64,000 bases of DNA from Eledone cirrhosa (taxonomy: Eukaryota): assembly GCA_964016885.1 (NCBI GenBank), contig OZ024763.1, positions 22,134,001-22,198,000 on the forward strand, written 5' to 3'. Shown piece by piece: positions 42,373-55,336 of the stretch. How positions within the stretch are numbered: the first letter of the stretch is position 1; each line of letters begins with the position of its first letter. The notes beneath the pieces are model-generated. The model was not told the DNA's origin, made no database searches, and was given only the letters and a program-made list of their open reading frames with translations. Made by a program: the position numbers and the translations under genes.

Positions 42373-43319
42373 TATGGAACTTTTTTAACCATCTTTTAAT
42401 TTCTTCTTATATATACTCCAGTTCAATAAACTGTTGAGTGCTACTTATCCAGTATATGCATTGTTTTATTGTTCTACAATAAAACTCACCTCCTACATTA
42501 TATATATATATATATATCATCATCATCATTTCATTTTACGTCCGCTTTTCGCTGCTTGCAAGGGTGGGACACATATATATATATATGTATGTATATAAAA
42601 GGCAAACAGAAATAACAACACAATATATATATATTTGTGTGTGTATGTATATGTGTATGTATATCTTATGTCAGGTCACCACTTGGTGCTACTGGTAACA
42701 TGTATCCCAGTACAACCTGTCTCATGGTCGGGTCGTTGGCGACTAAACTGGCAACCCCACTAAGGTTTCTTGGTGAGGAGGGTGACTTTGGACATCCTGC
42801 AGGACTAAAAACAAAACCTGTCAAAGGGCAAAGGAGCTCTTAAGAGTCAATGGCCATCCAAAATCACCGGGAGAGATGACCCCTTAGCCTTTGTCAAGGC
42901 AGAATTCTAGGAGAAGGAAAACTCTGATATAACACCTGCAACCCTGATGGTATCCAATGATGTTGACTTGTTCTTCTTTTTGGTAAATATCATCTTGGTT
43001 AAGAGAGTGGGACTGGCTTTGTGCAGTGCCTTTGCTCACTATAAAAGCTTCACGGCACAGGCATTGCTTTATATCTGGAGATCTCTCTGCATTTGTCGTT
43101 ACATGGTACCATGGGCCCAGCACTATGTGTCAATAATTGTCACAAGTGTAGTGTTTGTACCAGAGCTTTCAAGTCGCTGGCTGGACTAAAAAGTCACACT
43201 CGTTCAGCGCATCGGTAGGGGTTCTCCTACATGGATATAAAGTAGTGGCCGTACTCGAAAACGAGTTGGCAGCCACCATGTATATCTATATAATTGCACA
43301 CATACACACACACACACAA

Positions 43320-43366
<47 letters not shown>

Positions 43367-43906
43367 GGTGTTAAAGTTTGCTTGAAGCATTGTGAAATGT
43401 GTAAAATACGTATTTAAGAAAGCCACAACAATGCAGAGGGAAATCTCGAGGTAGGAAGTGAAAGATAGATAGGAAAAACAGGTGAAAGTGAAAATTGAGA
43501 GAGACAAAGATGAAAACAAAACAAAGGTAGAAGGGTTACCGTAGTAGAGATTTAATCCCAATATTTCGGGCTCACGCCCATCAACGGGGGAAAAGTTCCA
43601 AAAGGGGGGGAACAGGCCAAGCGGAGAAAGTTGTGATGTCGTTAAGACAGGAATGACGGCATTCCTGTCTTAACGACATCACAACTTTCTCCGCTTGGCC
43701 TGTTCCCCCCCTTTTGGAACTTTTCCCCCGTTGATGGGCGTGAGCCCGAAATATTGGGATTAAATCTCTACTACGGTAACCCTTCTACCTTTGTTTTGTT
43801 TTCATCTTTGTCTCTCTCAATTTTCACTTTCACCTGTTTTTCCTATCTATCTTTCACTTCCTACCTCGAGATTTCCCTCTGCATTGTTGTGGCTTTCTTA
43901 AATACG

Positions 43907-43962
<56 letters not shown>

Positions 43963-44436
43963 CAAATTGATTGACATATATATATATCTAAAATAAACAT
44001 ATGAAACAATCACAGGGAATAATTTGTAAAAGTGTGTAAGCACATATATTTGTGTGGGTGTGTATGTACATATATGTGTGTGTCTATATGTGTGTGTGTG
44101 CATGTATACATGTATGTATGTGTGTGTATTTAAATATGTATATATATAAATAGAGAGAGAGAGAGAGAGATGTGTATGTATATAGATACATTAAATATAA
44201 ACACTCTCAAATTCTATATATTTTGTCTGGTGGTATATATAATATTGACATGACACAGTTTTCTCTTAGAGAAAAAAATATGTTGAATCAAAGAGCATCA
44301 ACAGGCCATCTACATGGTCATTTGACTTGCTAGAAATAGAAGTCAAATCTCTCTCAAATATCCTTCCCCCCACCTACTGTCTCATAAAGGAAAAGGCAGC
44401 ATGTATATCTAGGATAATAATGTGCATGTGTGTCCT

Positions 44437-44780
44437 TATCATCATCATCATCATCATTTTACATCCACTTTTCCCTGCTTGCAAGGGTGGGACGGGAACT
44501 GATTCTGGCTTGATTTCTACAGCTGGATGCCCTTCCTAACACCAACCTCATTTACAGTGAGTGCTGGGTGCTTTTTTGCCGTGGCACCTCCACGACCACT
44601 TTGAAGTGGAATGATAGGGACCCCTGTCCCTATCATCTCATTTCTACAGCCGAGAAAACTGGAGCAATGTGAAATAAAGTGTCTTGCTCAAGGAAACATC
44701 ACATCACCTGGTCTGAGAATTGAACTCCTTACCTTTCGATTGCAAGCCCAATGCTCTAACCACTAAGCCATGTGCCTCCA
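44437..44780 (-). mobile_element. tRNA/CORE-like/RTE-tail SINE
   Basis: Same family as 34905. Confidence 0.85.
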
Positions 44781-45408
44781 TATGTGTGTATGTATACATC
44801 TATATGTGTACATGTCTTTATGTAAAAATATGTGTCTGTGTGTGTGCATGTGTATAGTGTGTGTATATAAATATGTGTGTATGTGTGTCTGTCTATATGT
44901 GTCTGTCTATGTATATGTATGTCTGTATACATATATATAATTGTTTCTACTTTTGACACAAGGCCAGCAATTATCCCAGTGTATTACTGGTGCTTTATTT
45001 TATTGACCCCCGTAAGGATGAAAGGCAAAGTTAACCTCGGCGGGATTTGAACTCAGGCCATAAAGGGCCGGTCTGAGTTCAAATCCCGCATAGGTGGCGA
45101 ATTGTCAGTCGTTAGAACATCTGATAGAATGCTTTGTGGCACTCATTTCAGCTTTCTGATCTCTGATATCAAATCCCACTGAGGTTAACTTTGCCTTTCA
45201 TCCATTCAAGGTCAATACAAAAAGTATCAGTCAAGTACTGATTCTTCCTTTATATCTCTTTCTCACTTCCATTCTCTCACTCTCTCTATCCTTGTCTGGA
45301 AGAGATCTGCTGTATTCAGACCTGGAGAGATGGGCTCTGCCGGTTTTAAAAAATCCCTGGAAACACTGTATGTCAGTACAACACCCTATGACTTATAATA
45401 TATCTTAC

Positions 45409-45498
45409 CTGTGATAATACATTCTCTTTTAAAGAAGACTTTTTCAAAAATTTGGCCGCATCTAAAGCTCCTATACTGCCTGTGTTTGTTGGGTCCGC
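45409..45498 (-). CDS. EPS15: EPS15-like exon (EH1)
   Basis: ttccAG...GTAAG; 90 nt; ADPTNTGSIGALDAAKFLKKSSLKENVLSQ. Confidence 0.92.
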
Positions 45499-46349
45499 CT
45501 GGAAAGAGAGATTTGAGAGAACAAAAAAAGAATTATAATTTCTTTCATATTGAATGAAACAAAAATTAATTGAATTCTCGTGATTGGTTTCTAACTTAGG
45601 GAACAACGGCAGCAAATTTTGAGTGAAAGGCTTGCGGGGGATCCATCTGGATCAATTGGAAACTGTTGTTTGTGACAGGATTTTGTTGGAAGGCATTCTT
45701 GAGGACTCTGTCCCTGTATGATATTCCCAAGAATAAGTGAGCAAAGGGGAAGGAAGAGGCAGAAGAAGAAATAAGAAGAAAAAGAAAGGCAGAGTTGATT
45801 AAATCAATCCCTGTACTTTATTGAAAATAAAGAAATTCAGTCCCCATTATTTACCTGGCGTTTAAAAGGGCGGTGGATTCGCAGTATCTGTAGAGCATCA
45901 GACACCATGCTTGGCAGCATAGAGTTATGGCCCTTTACCTTCTCAGTTCAAATCTCATCGAGGTTAGCTTTGCCTTTCATCCTTACGGGCTCGATAAAAT
46001 AAAGCACCAGTAATGCACTGGGGTCGATTTAATCGACTTTCCCCTCCCCTAAAATTGCTGGCCTTGTGTCTAAAGTAGAAACCATTATTAAACGTTCTTA
46101 CATAAAATTATGATGGATGGAATTGATCAACAATATCCCAAGCCTCATTCACATGCCGAGTGGGGTGGAACTCGTCAGACCGAACCAAGGAAACAATGTT
46201 TCCATTAGTCTTTCCATTACTGATACTATTACTATCTCCTGGGTGTGGATGAGATCACTGCTGTCCTTTGCACACAACGTCACCATTGCTACAGACATGT
46301 ACAGCGAGCCACGTCATGCATCAACTCCATCACTCACTTGGCAATCCCT

Positions 46350-46550
46350 GGCACTTTGAGATCGCGGCAGACCAAGGAAGACGCGGTTGGAGTGCGTGAA
46401 GAGTGACTTGTATAAATGGAACTTGGCCAATGTCGATACTATGGAGAGAAATTCATGGAGAGCAGCTGTGAGACATTGCCTGGTGTTGCCTACCTCGGAG
46501 TCTGGGACAACCGCAGCACCCTAAAGACCAAAACTGGATATGGATGGATG
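46350..46550 (+). mobile_element. Old RTE-like 3' fragment
   Basis: cgcggcagaccaaggaagacg (RGRPRKT) and a (GGAT)n tail. Confidence 0.5.
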
Positions 46551-46814
46551 GTTGCAACTCCTGACAGAATGATGGAGGTTTATAGATAAATATAATATAC
46601 TTTAAAATAGACATCTTTGTATCATAGAAACAGGGTGGTTTGGAGTCAAAAGGGTTAAATCAACAATTATAGTAAAAGTATCATAAAACCAGGGGTGGTT
46701 TCAGGTGGTTTAGTATCAAAAGGGCTAAATTGGAAACTATAAAAGAAAAAAAGGGTTAAATTGGAAACTAAATATAATAGGGCGAAAAAAGGGTTAAATA
46801 AAGTAATTTATGTC

Positions 46815-46920
46815 TTAATTCAGCCTCCTGCCTTCCATCACTTGTGAACATTGCTTCGAGATACTTGAACTTCTCCACCTGCTTCAGTGGAATTCCATTC
46901 ACATGTAGAGTGCACTGCAC
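46815..46920 (-). mobile_element. Old LINE RT fragment
   Basis: QCTLHVNGIPLKQVEKFKYLEAMFTSDGRQEAEL resembles the RTE RT C-terminal VxxFKYLG region. Confidence 0.55.
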
Positions 46921-47031
46921 AGGCTTCGTTGAGGATCCAGCTGGATCAATTGGAGATGGTTGCTTCTGGCAGGACCTCTCAGGAATAAGTGGGGTAAAGC
47001 AGAAGAAGAAGAAGATAAATTTATGACTTAC

Positions 47032-47076
47032 TTGCAGATAGTAGCCTTCATATATACCGGCATGTGGTCCTACTAT
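47032..47076 (-). CDS. EPS15: EPS15/EPS15L1-like exon (start of EH1; ATG exon not found)
   Basis: tttcAG...GTAAGT on -; 45 nt; IVGPHAGIYEGYYLQ. Confidence 0.8.
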
Positions 47077-48891
47077 CTGAAAGGAAAATAATATAGAAAA
47101 AAAGAAAGATAACATTAAAAACTAAAATACACTAAGCAATTTGTTGGGTTTTTTTGGACACAAATGGCAGCTACAAACAGCCACATTCGATGGATGTGAA
47201 ATCCAAAATATAGGGGAAAATAAATCTATTCCAAGGTAACTCCATCTCTGGTTTTCTTTTCACGCCTCTTTACGGTTTTCTTTTCTTTTTACATTTCTTT
47301 CTACCTTTCCCTTCTTCCTACTGCCACCTGATTTTTGTTACCTGGAGATTTATCCATCTACATTATAGAGGCTTCCAAAACGACCATTTTTTCATATTCC
47401 ACAATGCTTCAAACAAACTTAAACACTCTCTTATATATACATTTGTTTTAACCCTTTAGTATTTACATTACTCTATATTTACTATTGTATTTTTACAGTA
47501 AAGGCTTTACCTCACATAATATCGAATCTATGAGATTTTGATATTATTTATTTTGTGAACAATACCTTAACATCAGTATGAGTGGCCAGTTACAGCAGGT
47601 GGTGATGGAATTCTGGCTGGATATGGCCGGTTTAAACTTTTGGTATTTACATTACTCTATATTTACTACTATATTTTTACAGTAAAGGCTTTACCTCACA
47701 TAATTATCTCACATAGTATCAAATCTACGAGATTTTGATGTTATTTATTTTGAGAATATCTTATTGTAGGTATGAGAAGCCAGATATGGCCAGTTGAAAC
47801 AGAAAGAGGTGAGAGAATTCTGGCCAAATATGGCCAGTTTAAATGCTAAAGGGATAAGTAGAAGTAGACCAGGAAAGATATGGGAAGGGGTGGTGAAGGC
47901 TGAGCTCAAATCGCTGAAACTTACAAAGGAGATGGCAAAGAAACGAGGTAAGTGGAGAGATGCTGTGCTGAGAAGGACCTGTCCAACCCATGCTAGCATG
48001 GAATTATTATGATGATGATGATGATGATGATTATGTCATTTTCTTTAATAATTGTTGCACTAGTGCCACAACAAAAATCACCATGATGATGATGATGATG
48101 ATAATGTTGGTGGTGACGATGATGATGATCATCATCATCATGTCAACAATGTTGATGTTGATGACAATGATGATGATAATGGTGATAACGATGCTGATGA
48201 TGGTAAGACCACCGATGATGGTGGTGGTGGTGGTGGTGGTGATGATGATAATGGTGATGATGGTGGTGATGATGGTGATGATGGTGATGTTGATGGTGAT
48301 GGTGATGATGGTGGTGATGATGGCGATGGTGGTGGTGCTGATGGTGATGGTGATGATGACAATGCTGATGATGGTGAGAATACCGATGATGATTCGTAAT
48401 CAATTTATCTTTGTTTATCTTTACAATTGTATTTTAGTAGATATTATATAAGCGGAAAAATATTTCACAGTTAGATTGCTATTTTATTTAACTGGCTAGG
48501 GTATCACGTTACCGGATTAATTAGTTCCAAGGAAAAGATGTATGTATTATAGCCTAATTTATCATTTTCTGATAGATTTAATTCACTTAGATCTATTTAA
48601 AATTTAAGGTAGATCTTGAAGTTATAATTGTTTCTACTTTTGGCACAAGGCCAGCAATTACCCAGTGCATTACTGGTACTTTATTTTATCGACCCCGTAA
48701 GGATGAAAGGCAAAGTTAACCTCGGCGAGATTTGAACTCAGATTTTGAAGTTTAATGAAGAAAAATGATATAACTTATTTCATAGTCGATTTAGCATTAT
48801 TTACATTTTAACAAAAAATTACCTTGAAACTTTGTAGAAATTTTGTATTGCTTATCTATCTAACTTTATTTAAATTTTAACTAAATACCCT

Positions 48892-49925
48892 ATGAAAAGT
48901 ATTGCTGAATTTGTGAAGACAAGAACTAAAAATCTCCGAGCATTTATTTATAATTATTTGTCTATTGTCTATGATGTGAAGAATCTCTGTGGTACAGAGG
49001 TCCCACCCCTTAGATATAGATGCATTTTCATAAGGAAAAGCATGAGAAAGTTTCTGTCAAGAAAGGGAGTATTCAATATTATTATTTTTACGCGACCAAA
49101 TTATGGACCAGAGCCGACCGACCTGGAAACTTCGACATTACAAGGGGATACATAGACTCAGCTCAAGTCACTGACCTCAAAGTTTTTATCCTTAACCTAA
49201 TTAACAGAAGGTTACCTGAACTTGGCAGGGGTTTGTACTGCGATGATGTTCTTTTCACGTTAATTAACCATTATAATAGCACCCTAAATAGGAAAAAGAA
49301 AATGTTTGATTTGTTTAATGACGGTCTTAAACTTGAATTTGAAAATAATAATAGAATAGTCAACTTCCTAGACATAACGTTAAACCTTAATTCAGGCCTT
49401 TATTACCCATACCATAAATTAAATTAAATCCTTAATTAGGTTAGCTACCACTCAAACCACCCTAGAAACATTAAGAAGGCCATAGTCAATAGTGTAGAGC
49501 AGAGAATCTCTAGACTCTAAATAGAAATAAACAAGCAGTAGATATTAACACTAACATACACACAGTTAACGACAAATGTAATAATGTGGGTTTCCAAAAT
49601 CAAAACAATCAGATTTTGAATGGATATAACTTTAAGACAACCAATAAGTCGCATAAGAGGGTTCGATCCTGCTCCGTTCTGTGGTATAATCCACCACTCT
49701 CCATTGAAATTAAGAACTTAGCTCATCTTTTCTTTAACGCACTAGATAAATGTTTTCCTAGATCACATAAGTACAGTAAAATCTTTAACCGACACACATA
49801 TCAAATGATATCTACATCTCCTGTAGATTTTATCTGAAGAGAACATGTTTTGACTTATGTAATACATATTCGAAATACGTATAATAAAATAATAGGGATG
49901 GACCAAAGTTACTGTCTTTTTTGTT
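48892..49925 (+). mobile_element. Penelope-like element remnant (degenerate RT C-terminus and hammerhead-bearing pLTR)
   Basis: GLYCDDVL (RT DD motif), NFLDITLNLNSGLYYPYHK, HSNHPRNIKKAIVNSVEQRISRL, VLWYNPP...FPRSHKYSKIFNRHT, with stops/frameshifts; ends at (TA)n. Confidence 0.8.
49827..49890 (+). ncRNA. Type I hammerhead ribozyme at 3' end of Penelope remnant
   Basis: ATTTTAT-CTGAAGA-GAACATGT...ACATATTC-GAA-ATACGTAT-A-ATAAAAT; palindromic stem III typical of PLE hammerheads. Confidence 0.82.
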
Positions 49926-49928
49926 TAT

Positions 49929-49963
<35 letters not shown>

Positions 49964-50615
49964 CAGGGAGTGTAATGCGGAGTTACTGTAGGTTCACCCG
50001 GGTGAGCACTCGATGTTTAGGTTCACATCAGTAGCGAGGTGTAGAGCCAGACAGAGTGTAGTATAATAATTGTTTCTACTTTTGGCACAAGGCCATCAAT
50101 TATCCCAAGTGTATTACTGGTACTTTATTTTATCGACCCCGTAAGGATGAAAGGCAACGTTAACCTCGGCAGGATTTGAACTCAGAATGGCAAGGGCCGT
50201 AACTCTATACGAGTGTAGTATAATAATACAAGGACGAATGGTTACTCCTTCATTACGTTTATTGGTTGGTGATGCACATTTCGCTACTGATGGTCAGAGG
50301 TCAGTTGAGCTTTTGACTCCAGAGTCGGGCTAGATCAATACAGATCGAACCTTAAACTGATCAATAGCGAAATGCGCGTCACTACTCAATAAATGTAATG
50401 AAGGAGTAACCATTCGGCCTTGTATTGGGCAGTGGATTAGCAGTATCGGTAGAGGGTCAGACGCCATTCTTTGCAGCAAAGAGTTACGGTCCTTTGTGAT
50501 CTGAGTTCAAATCCCGCCGAGGTCAACTTTGCCTTTCATCCTTACGGGGTCGATAAAATAAAGTACCAGTAATATACTGGGATAATTCCTGGCCAAAAGT
50601 AGAAACAATTATTAT

Positions 50616-50657
<42 letters not shown>

Positions 50658-51154
50658 TGTGTGTGTTAAGTAGTTATAAAGAATAACTACTTAACTACTT
50701 ATGTTGTAGCTAAGAGTTTTCATTACTGGAAATATTATAGAGTTAAAGAATGGTCACTGCCACCACCACCACCACCATTATCATCAGAGAGAGAGGGAGG
50801 AGGAGAGGGGGACAGAGGTGGCAAGGGAAGGTGAGGGGGCTAGATAGGAGGAAGGAGACACACATTGAGAAACAGAGAGAGAGATAGAAATAGAGAGAGA
50901 GATAGAAACACACACACATAGATAGAAACACACACACCGGGAGTGAGGGAGAGAGGCATTCATACATAGAGATATACAGACACACATGCAGAAACAGAGA
51001 GAGTTGCACACACAGAGAGAGAGAGAGAGGGGGGGAGGGGGAGGAAGGGAGGGAGGGAGAGAGAGTGAGGGGAGACACACACAGAGCAACAGGCAAAAAC
51101 AAATGGAGGGGAAGAGAGACAGACATACAGAGAGAGAGACATACAGAGAGAGAC

Positions 51155-51205
<51 letters not shown>

Positions 51206-51842
51206 AAGAGAGAGAGAGCTAGAGAGAGAAACATACACAGAGAGAGCAACAGAAGGAAAGAGACAGACATACAGAGACAGACATACAGAGACAGACATAC
51301 AGAGAGAGAGACAGAGAGAGAGAGACAGACACAGAGAGAGCAGCAGAGAGAGGGAGAAACACACAGAAAGAGAGGGAGAAATACAGACACAGAAAGAGAG
51401 GGAGAGAGAGACACACACAGAGAGCAGCAGAGAGAGGGAGAAACACACACAGAAAGAGAGAGAGGGAGAAACACAAACAGAGAGAGAGGGAGAAACACAG
51501 ACCCAGAAAGTGAGAGAGGGGGGGCTATCAATTAGTGAAGTGGCTGGATAAAGAAAACAAAGACAAAAACAATTAATGGAAGAAAAAGAAAAAGAAGATA
51601 AGCATGTAATGGAACAATAGAGACATTTCAATATGGCCACCACTACACTCTCCTTATATCTCTTCACAAAATATTTGGTAAAAACATATTATATGAATAT
51701 ATAATATAACATAAATATATAATATATATATATATATACCTGTGTGTGTATATTCAGACACACACATATGAACATGTATATATGTACATACATATATATG
51801 AACATGTATATATGGGTATGTGTGTAATTACATATATTTGTA

Positions 51843-51897
<55 letters not shown>

Positions 51898-51898
<1 letters not shown>

Positions 51899-52760
51899 CA
51901 CCCAGTCTACCATGTAAAGTGGTAGTACAAGTACCACAATGAAGAGCACCAAGTCAACTCTGTAAGGTGGTAGTATTAGTTCCACAGTGAAAAGCACCAA
52001 GTCAACTCTATAAGGTAATAGTGTTGGTGCCACAATAAAAGCACATAGACCACTCTGTAAAGTGGTAGTGCTGGTGTCATGATAAAATATACCCAGACCA
52101 CCCTGTCGGGTGGTAGTGCTGGTGCCACAATAAAAAGCACATAGCCCACTCTGTAAAATGGTAGTGGTGGTGCCACAATAAAAAGCACATAGCCCACTCT
52201 GTAAAATGGTAGTGGTGGTGCCACAATAAAAAGCACATAGCCCACTCTGTAAAATGGTAGTGGTGGTGCCACAATAAAAAGCACATAGCCCACTCTGTAA
52301 AATGGTAGTGCTGGTGCCACAATAAAAAGCACATAGCCCACTCTGTAAAATGGTAGTGGTGGTGCCACAATAAAAAGCACATAGCCCACTCTGTAAAATG
52401 GTAGTGGTGGTGCCACAATAAAAAGCACATAGCCCACTCTGTAAAATGGTAGTGGTGGTGCCACAATAAAAAGCACATAGCCCACTCTGTAAAATGGTAG
52501 TGGTGGTGCCACAATAAAAAGCACATAGCCCACTCTGTAAAATGGTAGTGCTGGTGCCACAATAAAAAGCACATAGCCCACTCTGTAAAATGGTAGTGGT
52601 GGTGCCACAATAAAAAGCACATAGCCCACTCTGTAAAATGGTAGTGCTGGTGCCACAATAAAAAGCACATAGCCCACTCTGTAAAATGGTAGTGCTGGTG
52701 CCACAATAAAAAGCACATAGTCCTCTCTTTAAAGTGGTAGTGTTGGAATCGTGATAAAAT
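51898..52760. repeat. 48-bp minisatellite x about 17 (reverse-oriented relative of the 28490 array)
   Basis: Unit cccactctgtaaaatggtagtggtggtgccacaataaaaagcacatag. Confidence 0.9.
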
Positions 52761-53760
52761 GCTCCCGGAGTGGTTGGTGTTAGGAAGAGCATCCAGCCAC
52801 AAAAACTAAGCATCACCTGGTCACTTGACTAATATGGCCAAAGCATGTCTTACCCATGCAAGCATGGAAAATAAACATTAAACAGTGTTGATGATATATG
52901 TATATCTGGCATTACGCAGTAATACAGAAGACGCGACTTCCCAGGGGTACAAGCCAAAGCTGAAGCATATAGACAGTATTCCTCTCTCCCACTGTAAAGT
53001 GGACATGTAGGCACCACAGTAAAAAGGCACCCAGTACTCACTGTAAATGAGGTTGGTGTTAGGAAGGGCATCCAGCTGTAGAAATCAAGCTAGAATCAGT
53101 TCCAGTATGAGCAAGACAAGGTCACCCAACCTGACATTGCCCACAACAGGACAACCCGTCTAACCCATGCTAGCGTGGAAGAATGGATGTAAAATGATGA
53201 TGATATATATATATATAATGAAGGAGTGTGGTAAGGAACCAGATGGACGATAACGTACCAGAGTACTCAATACTTAGGGTAGTAGAGTGGGTAATAGGAA
53301 AAAGTATGACCCCGACGAAAGAGCTCAAGCCGTTTCGACGGCTATTTCTGTCCAGAAATAGCCGTCGAAACGGCTTGAGCTCTGCCGTCGGGGTCATACT
53401 TTTTCCTATATATATATAAATGAAGATGGATATAGTAAAAAAACTGGTTAGACCATTACTCATCAGAGTATTCGATACTTGGAGTAGTAGAGTATGGTTA
53501 TATGAAAGAGTCGAGATGCTGACAGCCGAGTTCTTGCCGTTTCAACAGCTAGTTCCAGAGTCTGGAACTAGCTGTTGAAACAACAAGAGCTCAGCCATCG
53601 GGGTCCCGACTTTTTCATATACATACAACCAAAATTAGATTAAAGATGTCATGTCTGAGAATATCAGAAGCATGCACCACACCACCTGTGGAATCAGTAA
53701 TAGTAATTCAAATAGTAATTCCGAGCATTTATTAACATTAAATTAAAAGTCGAATGACAT

Positions 53761-54278
<518 letters not shown>

Positions 54279-54495
54279 ATGTTGAAAAGGTAACACACTA
54301 GAGAGAGATACAGTGCGCTATCAATAAAACAGGGAATGACGAGAGTCTATGGCTCCGTTAATGTATCGTGATATATATATATATACATTCATATACATAT
54401 ATATGTATGTAAAAGGTAAACAGAAATAACAACACAATCGGTACAGTATATGGAAGGGATACATTAGGTTAACGCTTGATATAGCAGGAAAAGGG

Positions 54496-54531
54496 TCTTA
54501 ACGTTTCGGACGCTAGTCCTTCATCAGAAGA
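54496..54531 (-). ncRNA. Minimal PLE-type hammerhead
   Basis: TCTT-CTGATGA-a-GGAC-tagc-GTCC-GAAACGT-T-AAGA; loopless palindromic ACGT stem III. Confidence 0.75.
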
Positions 54532-54611
54532 AAGAATGAGAAATAAGGTAGATTGAGGGTACGGGCGGGTTGGTATTGGAAAAAATGTCTTTAGATAAAA
54601 ATAACAGTTGA

Positions 54612-54648
<37 letters not shown>

Positions 54649-55336
54649 AGAAAATGCGAAGTAGTTTCAGATGTTAAAGTCCTTTATTGATAAGGCTGTG
54701 ATACATATTTCAATGACGACAGTGGCCACATGATTCCACGTAGCCAGTGCCGTGACCTCATCAGACAGCTTCTTACATAATGAGGTTACGTTCTCAAGGC
54801 AATCCAAATTGAAACGACAGGGGAACGGACAAAAATGATGTTCTTGAAGCCTTTTCCCGTTCCATGTCGTCATTGAAATATGTATCACATCCTTATCAAT
54901 AAAGGACTTTAACATCTGAATCTACTTTGCATTTTCTTATTCTATATATACTCCGTCATTCCTACGTGGAAAAAATACGTTGAGTGCTTGAATTGAATTC
55001 CATCAATGTTTACTGCAAGTGTGTGTATATATATAGATATAGATGAGATTCTACAGGACAAGAACTGTTTCATTCTTTAGAAATCATCAGGATTCCTGAT
55101 GATTTCTAAAGAATGAAACAGTTCTAGTCCTGTAGAATCTCATCTATATTAAAACTTTTATACTCTGCTATGTATTGAGTACCTTACTTACTGTGGTTAC
55201 CTCCGATTCAACCCGGAATAACTTACCTATATATATATATTCATTAGTTAAGCAAAGACAAGACCACAATTTTCACAAGGAAGACGTTATTTAAAGAAAG
55301 TCAACATAGTTTCAGTATATGTGGGGAATAAGGAGC

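Noticed and set aside
42660-43290. Possible retroelement 5' UTR or coding relic
   Set aside because: Looks repeat-like, but I could not assign motifs with enough confidence.
47990-48451. Met/His/Asp-rich ORFs (also 1911-2405, 26804-27231, 58185-58734)
   Set aside because: (ATG/GAT/GGT)n trinucleotide repeats.
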